64,000 bases of DNA. Origin: an uncultured Candidatus Rokubacteria bacterium (GTDB taxonomy: Bacteria > Methylomirabilota > Methylomirabilia > Rokubacteriales > CSP1-6). The notes below the pieces were generated by a model. That model saw only the letters and a list, made by a program, of their open reading frames with translations. It was not told the DNA's origin and searched no databases. The translations under genes and the position numbers were made by a program. Positions 39,611 to 49,781 of this stretch are shown here, piece after piece. The stretch spans positions 800,001-864,000 of the forward strand of contig CAVXJS010000009.1 of the NCBI GenBank assembly GCA_963762145.1. Reading direction: 5' to 3'. Within the stretch, counting starts at the first letter, position 1, and each line of letters begins with the position of its first letter.

Positions 39611-41368
39611 CGTAGGAAACACTAGCACGCTCCGGCGGCGTCCGCCCCCCCCGTGGCCTCCCTCCCGGCGACATAATCTCCCAGGCTCGGACGCGGAACG
39701 CCGCAGGAGCCGATGCCACAGTGCACATCAGCGCCCTTCTCGCGGGTCGAGCGAGCCGGCCCGGGTGAGCGACATGCTAGGCCAGACAGACCGCCGCCGT
39801 CAATCGACCGGTGGACCGGCCGAATCAGCACAAATGCCACCTCGCGGCGCCAGCACGACGGCGTCCGCCGCGCCCGTGACCCGATCCGATCAGGACGCGG
39901 CGGCGCCGGACTCGGGAGGGGCGGGGCCGGGACTCTGCCCCGAGCGGCGAGGGCGAGGTGCGCGAGGATCTTCCGGATGACCGCGGGATCGTGCAGCGTG
40001 GCGATCAGCCGTAGGCGGCCTCCACAATGGGCACACGCCAACACGTCGATGCCGAACGCCCGGTGCATCAGGGCCGCCCAGCTCCAGGCGCGCGGACTGG
40101 CGGTCTTCACCCCCGTGCCGTCCGGACCTGCGGCCAGCGGCGCCGTCGAGGCCGTGGGCTCGGGCACCGCGCCGGCCATAGACGACCACTCGCGCGCGCC
40201 ACCGGGCGCGCGGGGCCAACACGCCATGGCAAATCAGCAAGTTGGTTTCCGGCCGCGGCGTCATCGCCGCCAGACGCTCCAGGAACTCCAGCGGCTCGAA
40301 GACCAGCTCTCGCGTCCCGTCGTGCCACGCCCTCTTCAGCTCCAGCGCGACGCGGCCGTCGCCCCGCAGCCGCAGCCGCTCCTGCGCGAAGGGCGGACGC
40401 AAGACGTAGCGGCACAGCCGCTCCAGCCCCGCCCGATCGTTCGCCGACACCCACACGTTGGCGTGCAGGTCGAACCCCTCCAGGTGCGCCTGCCGCGGCC
40501 CGCGCGACATCATGGCCTCTGCGTCGCGCGCGTCCCGAGCCGCCGCACCCGCGCCCCCGCGCGCGAGCCCAGCGCCACCCGCCCCTGCACCGACGCGCCC
40601 ACCATCCCCGCCAGCAGCGGCGACTCGTCCGCGAGCCGGATCCGCCGGCCCCGCGCGTCGTCCTCGGGCGCCAGCCCGCGGCGTACCAGCAGCCGCCGCA
40701 CCCGCGGGCGGATCGTCGCGAGCGCTGCCGCCACCTCGGCGTCGCTCGGGCCCGGCGCCGGATGAAACTCCAGCCCGCCCCCGCCCGCCTCGCAAAACAC
40801 CCCATCCAGCACGAGGGTATGAAAATGCGGATTCACGTTCCGCCGCTGCCTCCGCGCTGCATCACCGTAACGCTGCCGGTCCGCCCACCCGCATGCCGCG
40901 CGCCCGGGCGCCGCGCGCATAGACGTCCAGCAGCACGCGCGTGTACACCCGCAGCACCGCCCGGCTCAACCCGTGGTTCCACGCCATCCGGTAGCGCAGC
41001 CGGTACGGAACCGTCAGCACCCACTGCCGCACCGGGACCCACGGCAGCACCGCGTCGACCAGATGCGCGGCCCGCTCCGTCATCCGCCGGCCGCCGCAGC
41101 TCGGACACCACCCCCGGCCTTTACACGAAAACGGCACCAGGTGCTCGCGCCCGCAGCCCTCGCACTGAAACCGCGCCACGCCGTGCTTCGAACACCCCGC
41201 ACCGCAGAAACTCCCGGAACTCCCGCTCGACGAACTGCGGCAGGCCCGCGCCGTCGCCGGCCTCCGCCACCGCGCGCAGGAAGGTCTCCAGATGCTCGGC
41301 GATGACCTGGTGCAGCACGGTGTGCTCGGCGTCTCGGGGCGCCGGTAGACCGCCGGCTGGAGGGCCAT
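39610..41368 (-). mobile_element. ISCR/IS91-like rolling-circle insertion sequence (terIS not identified)
   Basis: HUH transposase plus an oriIS-like end GCGTGCTAGTGTTTCCTACGC about 280 bp downstream of the stop. Confidence 0.72.
39890..41368 (-). CDS. IS91/ISCR-family transposase (frameshifted)
   Basis: Zinc domain [27 protein letters not shown] motif [23 protein letters not shown]-terminal [12 protein letters not shown]. Confidence 0.85.
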
Positions 41369-41792
41369 GGCCCCCCAGGTGGGGTGACGGCGCCTACTGG
41401 GACAATGCTGAGAGAGTGATACGCCGATCAGGGTGGGGATGGCGGCGGCCGAACCGCTGCCGGCGGTGCGTCTACGTTCCGGAACGGTGGGGAGGGCGGC
41501 CTCGCGCGCGCGGCGATTGCGTGGTATGACCCGGGGAGGGCAGTGGTTTGTGTGTCCTTGGCGTCTGGCCGGAGCGGCATGGTCCTCCCCGCCTCCAGAG
41601 CACATCGAGCTTCTGGGGTAGCCCAGGCAGTGCGCAGGGAACGTCAGCGGCGCATGTTTCAGTGGCGTGCTGTTGTCGAGCTGGCGTCGACCGCACAGGT
41701 TCTGACACATTTGGTGAACACGTGGTCGTGACTGAAACACGGATTTAGATCGGGATCTCGAAGCAGAAGCTCAGCGACCTGTTTGCCGGCAA

Positions 41793-41816
41793 GTGGTTGC
41801 AGGCCCCTGCAACCAC
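41793..41816. repeat. Perfect 11-bp inverted repeat gtggttgcagg-cc-cctgcaaccac (att-like)
   Basis: Seen directly; the minus strand reads SVVAGACNH. Confidence 0.6.
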
Positions 41817-41878
41817 CGACATTGACCGCCAGCGCCCCCTAGACGATCGAGCCCTCACTTCCGGCCGCGGTTGCATGC

Positions 41879-42265
41879 TTACGATTCGCGGTCCGCGGGA
41901 TCCTCGGCGTCGCCAGACCGTGATTCCGCAGGGGCGGACTCGCGCTCGTTCTGTAGCACAACGCTGTAGGGCTCGCCGCAGTCCGGACACATGAGCTCCG
42001 GCACGGCCAGCGGCCGGTAGAAGGTCGCGCCACATTCGCTGCAGGTTTCCTTCGAGAGCGCGCGACGCAGGATCTGCGACATCATGGCGAGGGTGTAAAC
42101 CGGGGCGTCCAGCGCCGGTGACGCCTCGCCCGCGAGCACGCGATGCACGGTGGAGCGGGAGACGCGGAGGCGTCGCGCAATCTCCGCTTTCTGCACTCCC
42201 TGACGGGCGTGAGCATGGGCCACTCTCCTTACGCTACTCCCTCGGGGTAGGGGTCGTTGTCGCAA
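41879..42265 (-). CDS. HTH DNA-binding protein with C-terminal zinc ribbon (start uncertain)
   Basis: KAEIARRLRVSRSTVHRVL helix-turn-helix; CSEC..CPDC. Confidence 0.6.
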   Translation of the reverse strand: MRQRPLPRGSSVRRVAHAHARQGVQKAEIARRLRVSRSTVHRVLAGEASPALDAPVYTLAMMSQILRRALSKETCSECGATFYRPLAVPELMCPDCGEPYSVVLQNERESAPAESRSGDAEDPADRES

Positions 42266-42406
42266 TGCGACGGATTTTGAGTCGCGTTCGCGCCGATTGT
42301 GCGGCGCGTTTGCACCGCTTGTCGGTCAGGTCGACGACGAATGGGACACGGGCTGGGCGAATGTGGAACGGGTTTGGCGCAGAGGTGCCGCGGCTCAACC
42401 CGTCGG

Positions 42407-42733
42407 TCATCGGGTGTCACCCTCCTGCTCCAGATTGGACCGTTCATCACCTGCGCCCGGCCGGGGCGGCCTGGCGCTGGTGGAGGGCGGCCGTGGGGTC
42501 GAGGTTCCCCGGGGTGGGTCGATCGACCGCGCGCGGGTCTCGACGCGGTGAGCCTGGAGATACTGTTCGAGATCGTCCCGGTCGAGGACGATCCGGCGCC
42601 CGACGCGGTAGTAGGGCAGCCGGCGTTGTCGGATCAAGGAGCGGACCATATAGACGGACACGCCCAGGACGGGCGCGGCCTGTCCCACCGAGAGGCGGCG
42701 CGCTTGCCTGCGCGGCGTGATCACCGTCGGCAT
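42407..42733 (-). CDS. Excisionase-family HTH (HTH_17-like) protein
   Basis: LSVGQAAPVLGVSVYMVRSLIRQRRLPYYRVGRRIVLDRDDLEQYL. Confidence 0.78.
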   Translation of the reverse strand: MPTVITPRRQARRLSVGQAAPVLGVSVYMVRSLIRQRRLPYYRVGRRIVLDRDDLEQYLQAHRVETRARSIDPPRGTSTPRPPSTSARPPRPGAGDERSNLEQEGDTR

Positions 42734-42830
42734 CCCCCTCTTTGCCGCATGTTGCTGCTTGCATTGAAACAGATTCCTAGATATACAGTGAGTCGCCTTA
42801 GCGTATACCCATTAAGGTGCGGGGAGGCGC

Positions 42831-43724
42831 ATGCACGCGAGCATCAAGACACGCCGCGCAGGGCCGGGTCTGTCGGGCGAGGACTGGTGGACGGCCTTCG
42901 AGCTGGAGTGGCCCCGACCCGGCTATCGGATCTGGATCCCCCACGGGTCGTCGGGAGGCGCTCTGGCGGCCCTCCCAGCGCGCCACGTGCGGATCGGGCA
43001 GCCCACACCTCCTGCGCCTTGGGCGTGGGCGCGACACGAGGCCCCCGTGGGAGATTCCGTCTATGGACGCCCTCTCGGCGTGGTCGAGTCCCTCGGCTGG
43101 CGAGACCGTGAGCGTCTTCACCCTGGGCTGGCCGGCGGGCGGCCTCTTCGTCCCAGAGGACGGCAGCGCCTCCCCGCACCTATCGGCCGCTCCCCATCGC
43201 GGCCACGATCCTGCTCGATGCCCAAGATGTAGCCCCGGACGATCCGAGGCGCTGCTGCGGTTCGTCAACCGATGGGGACGCCGGCGTCGGCATCCCGGGG
43301 GACGAGCCTTTGAGGCCGACGGCGTCGTCCGAACCGGTGAGTGCCTGCGCGAACTGATCGGCTGGGTTGCGACGCTCCATGCCCTCCAACACAAGCAGCC
43401 CACCACGGCGACCTGGCCGGCCTTGGCCGCCCTCTTCGAGACAAGCTCGGCGGCGTGCAGTTCGGCGCTCAGCCGGCACGCCAGGGCCTGGTCCCGCTGT
43501 TTCCCCTTCGGCGGCTCCTGGATGCCCTCTACCTGGAACTCTGGGGGCTGGCGACGGGGGCGAAGCGGCTGCGGCAATGCCGGCGCTGCGCGCACTTCTT
43601 CATCCGGGGGCGGAGGATCGAGATCTTCTGCACGGGCCGGTGTGCCCGGCTCTGGCACGTCAAGCGGTGGAAGCAGCGCGCGCGGCAGCAACGGAGATCA
43701 CGTCGTCACAGGGAGGGCAGCTAA
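42831..43724 (+). CDS. CGNR-type zinc-finger protein (frameshifted)
   Basis: LLDALYLELW..RLRQCRRCAHFF..FCTGRCARLWHVKRWKQR; stop overlaps the integrase ATG (TAATG). Confidence 0.55.
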
Positions 43725-44891
43725 TGGCGGTCAAGCGCACACGGACGGGCTATCAGCTCTGGTGGTATGACAGCGACGGGCGGTTCAGAAAGCGCACCTT
43801 CCGGGGGATCGGCCGGGACGAAGCCGTCCGCATCGAGCGGAAATCCTCGCCGCGCGCGATCGGGGCGAGCGCCCGCCGGATGAGCGACACGCGCCGTCCT
43901 TTGCCGCCTTCGCCGCGGCGTGGCTCGACGAGTGCCGCTCCGGATGGAAGGCGCCGACGCTGGCCCAGTATCAGCAGATCCTGAAGTCGCAGCTCCTGCC
44001 CGTCGTCGGGCGCTCCGGGTGAGCGCGATCACGGAATCGCGAATCCGTCAGCGATCACGGGCTGCGCGATACCGGACTGTCCGCGCGCCGCACCAACCTC
44101 ACGCTGCTCGTGCTCAAGATGATCCTGCGCACGGCGCTGCGCCGGCGCTACCTCCGCGACGACCCGACCGAGACCATCCGCTCGCTGCGGGAGCCCCGGA
44201 CGGAGGTCGATCCGCTCGACCCGGACGAGGTGACCGCCTTTCTGGCGGCGTGCCCGGCCTGGTGGCGGCCGTACTTCACGGTCGCCTTCTCAGGGGCCCG
44301 GCAGAACGAACTGGCGGCGCTGCGATGGGGCGACGTCGACGGGGGCCGTGGCGTCGTCCGCATCCGGCGCGGGCCGCTATCGCGGGAAGGAGGGCCCCCC
44401 CAAAACGGCCACAGCGTGCGGGATATCAACCTGTCGCCGCCCGTGCTCGACGCCCTCAAGGCCCAGAAGGCGCAGCAGGCGGCTGAGCGGCTCAAAGCCG
44501 GCCGGGGAGCGCCCGAGCCGGGCCAGGATTACGTGTTCACGGGGCCGGAAAGCGGCCTGCTGAACGTGAACGCCCTCCGAGACCGGACCTGGTACCCGAC
44601 ACTCACCCAGGCGGGCCTGCGCCGCCGCATCATGTACCAGACCCGGCACACCTTCGCGTCGAACGCCCTGGCCGCGGGCAAAGCGCCGTCGTGGGTGGCC
44701 GCGATGCTCGGGCATGCGAGCCCCGAGATGCTCTTCCGCGTGTACGCGCGCTACATCCCGAACCGGACCGCCGCGACGGCAGCGCGCTGCTGAGCCGGAT
44801 GACGGAGCGGAAGGACGCGGGACGCAACCGAGGTCGCGGGCGCTGCCGTACTCCCGAAATACTCCCGGTGAGACCGCGCGCTTCCGGGTAG
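43724..44891 (+). CDS. Tyrosine recombinase/phage integrase (frameshifted; 3' end 44793 or 44891)
   Basis: N-terminal arm-binding-like YQLWWYDSDGRFRKRTF; GARQNEL, YQTRHTFAS, MLGH, YARY catalytic motifs. Confidence 0.88.
44849..44867. promoter_or_regulatory. Putative integrase arm-type sites (right end)
   Basis: Tandem tactcccg-aaa-tactcccg about 50 bp inside the att core. Confidence 0.55.
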
Positions 44892-44920
44892 ACTCGGCTG
44901 GTCGATGCCTTACAGATCAG

Positions 44921-45005
<85 letters not shown>

Positions 45006-45019
45006 GCCAGCGAGCAGAA

Positions 45020-45048
45020 AGTATGCCGTCGGGCCGCGTTCCTGTCAA
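45020..45048 (-). promoter_or_regulatory. sigma70 promoter of tRNA-Leu
   Basis: TTGACA-17 bp-CATACT just upstream of the tRNA 5' end. Confidence 0.65.
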
Positions 45049-45069
45049 TGAACGCGTGCGGCCCGCTCG

Positions 45070-45960
45070 CTAGCGGCCGAGGCGCAGGATGCGTCCCACG
45101 CGCGACTGGCGCAGACGCGGGTCGAGGGCGTCGCGAATCCCCTCCCCCATGAGGTTGTACGAGAGCACCGTGACGAGGATGGCGAGGCCCGGGTAGAGCG
45201 TCATCCACCACGCGATCTCGATGTAGTCGCGCCCGTCGTTGAGGATATTGCCCCACGTGGCGTAGGGCGGCTGGACACCCAGCCCCAGGAACGACAGCCC
45301 GGCCTCGGTCAGGATGGCGGCGGGAATCCCGAGGGTCATCGCGACCAGGATGGGCGCGATGGCGTTCGGCAGGATGTGGCGGAAGATGATGCGCATCGCC
45401 CCCGCTCCCACCGACTCCGACCAGATCACGAATTCGCGCTCGCGCAGGGTCAGGAACTCCGCCCGCACGAGCCGGGCCACGCCCATCCAGCCGGTCAGGC
45501 CGATCACGGTCATGATGGTCCAGATCGACGGCTTGAGGAACGCGAGCACGGCCAGCAGCAGGAAGAAGCGCGGGAACACCAGCATCAGGTCCACCAGGCG
45601 CATCACGATGTTGTCCACCGTGCCGCCGTGATAGCCGGCGGCCGCGCCGAGCAGGACTCCGATGAGGGCCGCGATGCCGACCGAGACGAAGCCCACCGCG
45701 AGCGAGATCCGCGAGCCGTAGAGCACGCGCGAGAGCACGTCGCGCCCGAGGGGATCGGTGCCGAGCCAGTGGCTGCTCGACGGCGGGGTCAGGATCTTCT
45801 TGGTGTCGGGCCGGTTGGGATCCCACGGGGCGAGCAGCGGGGCCAGGATCGCCAGGGTGACCAGCACCAGCACCACCGCGGCGCCGCACACCGCGAGCTG
45901 GTTGCGGGAGAACGTGCGCCAGAACTGGCGTATCTCCCCGCGCGAGGACGTCGGGGCCAC
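45070..45960 (-). CDS. Peptide ABC transporter permease (OppC/DppC type)
   Basis: HWLGTDPLGRDVLSR, HILPNA, LSFLGLG. Confidence 0.92.
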   Translation of the reverse strand: MAPTSSRGEIRQFWRTFSRNQLAVCGAAVVLVLVTLAILAPLLAPWDPNRPDTKKILTPPSSSHWLGTDPLGRDVLSRVLYGSRISLAVGFVSVGIAALIGVLLGAAAGYHGGTVDNIVMRLVDLMLVFPRFFLLLAVLAFLKPSIWTIMTVIGLTGWMGVARLVRAEFLTLREREFVIWSESVGAGAMRIIFRHILPNAIAPILVAMTLGIPAAILTEAGLSFLGLGVQPPYATWGNILNDGRDYIEIAWWMTLYPGLAILVTVLSYNLMGEGIRDALDPRLRQSRVGRILRLGR

Positions 45961-45961
45961 G

Positions 45962-46954
45962 TCAGCGATTCCGCCGCCGTCCGCCGAAGCGGATGCGCGG
46001 GTCCACGAGACCGTAGGTGATGTCGGCCACGAGGTTCGCCACCAGGGTCAGCGTCGCCACGATGACCAGGTTCCCCATCACCACCGGGTAGTCGCGGGAG
46101 AAGACCGACTGCACCATGAGCTGGCCCATCCCCGGGATGGCGAAGATGGACTCGATGATGACGCTGCCGCCGATGAGCCCGGGCAGGGCCAGGGCCAGGA
46201 TCGTGACCACCGGCAGCAGCGCGTTCCGCAGGGCGTGCTTGCTGATCACCATCCGCTCCGACAGTCCCTTGGCCCGAGCGGTCTGCACGTAGTCCTGGCG
46301 CACCACCTCGAGCATGCTCTGCCGCATGTAGCGCGAGAAGCCGGCGAGCCCGCCGAAGGTGGCCACCACGATGGGCAGGACCAGGTGCGAGAAGAAATCC
46401 CACTGCTGCTGCCAGAACGACAGGTACTCCCAGTTCAGGGAGCGCAGGCCCGAGATGGGCAGCCAGCCGAGCTGCACCCCGAAGAGAATCATCAGGAGCA
46501 GGGCCAGCCAGAAGTCCGGGGTGGCGAAGCCCACGAACACGAAGATCGTGGTGATCTTGTCGTAGAGCGAGTACTGCCGGGTGGCCGAGAGCACCCCGAT
46601 GGGGACCGCGAGCCCCACGATGATCGCCATCTCGATCAGGTTCAGGAACAGCGTGACCGGCAGTCGCTCGCCGATCTTGGCGAGGACGGGGCGGCCGTCG
46701 GGCAGGAAGGAGCGGCCGAAGTCCAGGCGCACCGCGCGCTTCAGCCACTGCCAGTACTGCACGTGGATGGGCTGGTCCAGCCCGAACTCCTTGATCAGCC
46801 GCTCCTTGACCTCCACCGAGGCGTTCGGGTCCTCCGGGGTCAGGAAGTCGAGGGGCCCGCCGGGCGCCAGGCTGATGACCACGTAGGAGACGAAGGTGAT
46901 GCCGAGCAGGAGCGGGATCGCGAGGAGGAGCCGGCGGAGCGCGAAGAGCGCCAT
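45962..46954 (-). CDS. Peptide ABC transporter permease (OppB/DppB type)
   Basis: QDYVQTARAKGL, HALRNALLP, ESIFAIPGMG, DPRI. Confidence 0.92.
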   Translation of the reverse strand: MALFALRRLLLAIPLLLGITFVSYVVISLAPGGPLDFLTPEDPNASVEVKERLIKEFGLDQPIHVQYWQWLKRAVRLDFGRSFLPDGRPVLAKIGERLPVTLFLNLIEMAIIVGLAVPIGVLSATRQYSLYDKITTIFVFVGFATPDFWLALLLMILFGVQLGWLPISGLRSLNWEYLSFWQQQWDFFSHLVLPIVVATFGGLAGFSRYMRQSMLEVVRQDYVQTARAKGLSERMVISKHALRNALLPVVTILALALPGLIGGSVIIESIFAIPGMGQLMVQSVFSRDYPVVMGNLVIVATLTLVANLVADITYGLVDPRIRFGGRRRNR

Positions 46955-48620
46955 CTAGCCGGAGGTATATCGCTGCTGTTGCTTCGGGACGAACCACTCG
47001 GTGAAGTTGTGGAGGATGCCCGACGGCGCCGGGCTCACGCCGTGGATCCGCCCGGCGACCACCGGCAGTGCGTCCGCGGTGTAGAGGAAGATCATCGGCA
47101 GGTCCTCGGCGAGGATCTGCTGGATGCGGTGATAGTACTGCACCCGCTCCGCCTGGACGCACGACGAGCGCCCGAGCTCCAGGAGGCGATCCACCTCGGC
47201 GTTGGCGTAGCCGGTCCGGTTCATCTGGTCCGGACCCCGCTGGGAGGAGTGCCACACCACGAACTGGTCCGGGTCGGTGCCGCTGCCCAGGCCCAGCACC
47301 ACGACCTCGAATCGCCGCGGCTTGACGAATTCCTTGATGAACGCGGCCCATTCGATGAGCTGGATGTCGACCTTGATGCCGATCTCCTTGAGGCGCTGCT
47401 GGATGATCTCGGCGATCTTCTTCCGCTCGTCGTTGCCCTGGTTGGTGCGGATGGTGAGGGTGAACGGCTTGCCGTCCTTGTCCTCGATGAGGCCGTCCCC
47501 GTCGCGATCCTTCCACCCCGCCTCCGCCAGCAGGGCCTTCGCCTTCTCCGGATCGAACGGGAAACGCTTCACGTCGTCGGTGTAGGCCCACGTGCCGGGC
47601 CGGACGGGGCCGGTGGCCTCCCGGGCCAGGCCCAGCCGGACCCCGTCGATGAGCTCCTGCTTGTTGACCGCGTGGGCGAAGGCCTGGCGAACCCGCAGGT
47701 CCGCGAACCGGGGATCCTTGAGGTTGAAGCCGACGAATGTGTAGCCGCTCCCCGGGTAGCGGAACTTGTGGTAGGACTTGCGGAACGCGGGATACTCCGT
47801 CTGACGCGCGTACTGGATGCCGGTGAGGCTGCTCGCGTAGTCCACGCCCTGGGCCTTCAGCTCGAGAAAGATGGTGGCCTGGCTCGGGATGACGCGGTAG
47901 ACGATCCGGCTGAGGTACGGCCGGCCCTCGAAGTAGTCCGGGTTCGCGACCAGGACCACCTTCTCGCCCGGCTTCCACTCCTGGAACCGGTACGGGCCGG
48001 TGCCGACGGGATGGCTGTTCTGGGGCGATTCGCGCAAGGTGCCCGCCTCCGCGAAGGACTGCAGGGGGTGCTTGGGCAGCATGTAGGTGTTCCACGTCTC
48101 GAGCGCCCGCGCGTAGGGCTTGTCGTAGGTCACCCGCACCGTGTATGGATCGGGCGCCTGCACGTCCTTCACGAGCAGGAACCCTTCCTTGAAGGGCGCC
48201 GGGGTCTTCGGATTGATCATCGTCTGGTACGTGAACAGCACATCGTCGGCCGTGAAGGGCCGGCCGTCGTGCCACTTCACGTCCCGGCGCAGCTTGAAGG
48301 TCAGCTCGAGACAGTCGGGGCTATAGGTCCACGACTCCGCCATCGACGGAACCATCTTGAGATCCCGGTCGAGCTTGACGAGCCCGTCGTAGATCATCCC
48401 GCCAACCTCGTGCGAGGACGCGTCGGAGGTGAGGCTCGGAATCAGGCCGCCGATGTCGCCGATGGATGCCTGGATGAACGTGTCGCCGTAGGCGGGCGCG
48501 CCGCCCGTGGTCGGCCCGTCGTCCGACCGGCTCTCGATCGGCCCGTTGCAGGCCGCGGCGAGCAAGCCACAAGCGAGCCCAGCCCAGGAGGGAGCGACCG
48601 GGCGCCCGATGTCTCGGCAT
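46955..48620 (-). CDS. Peptide ABC transporter substrate-binding lipoprotein (family 5)
   Basis: VKWHDGRPFTADDV, PVGTGPYRF, lipobox LAAAC; the likely ATG at 48620 is one base out of frame within the signal peptide. Confidence 0.9.
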
Positions 48621-48632
48621 GAGGGCCGGCGG

Positions 48633-48992
48633 CTATTTCTGCGGAGCGGGCGGAGCCGGCGCCGGGGTGGCCGCGGGAGCGCCGGGAGTGACCGCGGGCG
48701 CGCTGGGCGCGGCCGGGGTCGCGGGCGCCGCGGGGCCCGATGCGGGCATGATCGACTGCGCCCGATGGTGCGACATCATGGAGAGCCCGAACGAGGTGAT
48801 CATGAACAGGGCCGCGACCACCCCGGTCGCCTTGCCGAGCACGGTGGGCGTGCCCATGGAGCCGAACACCGCCTGGCTACCGCTGCCGCCGAACGCGGAG
48901 CCGATGTCGGCGCCCTTCCCGGCCTGGAGCAGCACGAGCCCGATGATCACCAGGCTGACGATGACGTGGATGGTGATGAGGAGAATGAACAT
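48633..48992 (-). CDS. secG: Preprotein translocase subunit SecG
   Basis: VLLQAGKGADIGSAFGG; follows tpiA. Confidence 0.93.
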   Translation of the reverse strand: MFILLITIHVIVSLVIIGLVLLQAGKGADIGSAFGGSGSQAVFGSMGTPTVLGKATGVVAALFMITSFGLSMMSHHRAQSIMPASGPAAPATPAAPSAPAVTPGAPAATPAPAPPAPQK

Positions 48993-49001
48993 GGCGAAGC
49001 C

Positions 49002-49781
49002 TTACTCCTTCGAAGTGCCGCTGCGGGCGGCCGACTTCTTTGCGATGGTGATGAATCCGGGCGCCTGCAGGCTGGCGCCGCCCACGAGGACCCCGTCGAT
49101 GTCGGGCTGCTCGGTGAGGGCCTGGGCATTGTCGGGCTTGACGCTGCCGCCATAGAGGATGCGCATCGACTGCGCCAGCTCCTTGGACGCGACCTCGGAG
49201 ACGAGCCCGCGAAGGTACCCGTGCACCTCGGCGGCCTGGCCCGGGGTGGCGTTGACGCCGGTGCCGATGGCCCAGACCGGTTCATAGGCGAGCACGCAGC
49301 GCGCGAGATCGTCGGGCGAGAGCCCGGCCCAGCCGGCGCGGAGCTGTCCCTCCACCACCGTGAAGGTGAGTCCCTGGCGCCGCTCCGCTTCCGTCTCGCC
49401 GACACAGAGCACCGGGCGCATGCCGTGGCGCAGGGCCGCGCCCACCTTGCGGTTGATCTCCTCGTCGGTCTCCCGGAAGACGTGGCGGCGCTCCGAGTGC
49501 CCGATCAGGACCCAGCGGCAGCCCAGCTCCGCGAGCATGGCGGGCGAGATCTCGCCGGTGAAGGCGCCCTGCTCCTCCCAGTGGCAATTCTGTGCCCCGA
49601 GCGCCACCGCGGCGCCCTTGAGGATCTCGGCCACCGCGGGGAGCGCGGTGAAGGGCGGGCACACCACCACCTCCACGCCCCGCGGACGCTTGAGTCCGTC
49701 GCGGACGGACTGGGCGAGCTCCCGCGCGGCCGCCTGCGTGCCGTGCATCTTCCAGTTGCCGACCACGAGCGGCGTGCGCAT
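49002..49781 (-). CDS. tpiA: Triosephosphate isomerase
   Basis: GNWKM, IGHSERR, AYEPVWAIGTG, YGGSV. Confidence 0.97.
   Translation of the reverse strand: MRTPLVVGNWKMHGTQAAARELAQSVRDGLKRPRGVEVVVCPPFTALPAVAEILKGAAVALGAQNCHWEEQGAFTGEISPAMLAELGCRWVLIGHSERRHVFRETDEEINRKVGAALRHGMRPVLCVGETEAERRQGLTFTVVEGQLRAGWAGLSPDDLARCVLAYEPVWAIGTGVNATPGQAAEVHGYLRGLVSEVASKELAQSMRILYGGSVKPDNAQALTEQPDIDGVLVGGASLQAPGFITIAKKSAARSGTSKE

Noticed and set aside
17940-44800. Programmed frameshifting or phase variation in island genes
   Set aside because: Indels are numerous and scattered, and not at consistent slippery or simple-repeat tracts; sequencing error is more parsimonious
45758-48622. 954-aa plus-strand and 828-aa minus-strand ORFs
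   Set aside because: Antisense and alternative frames of the peptide ABC genes; no motifs
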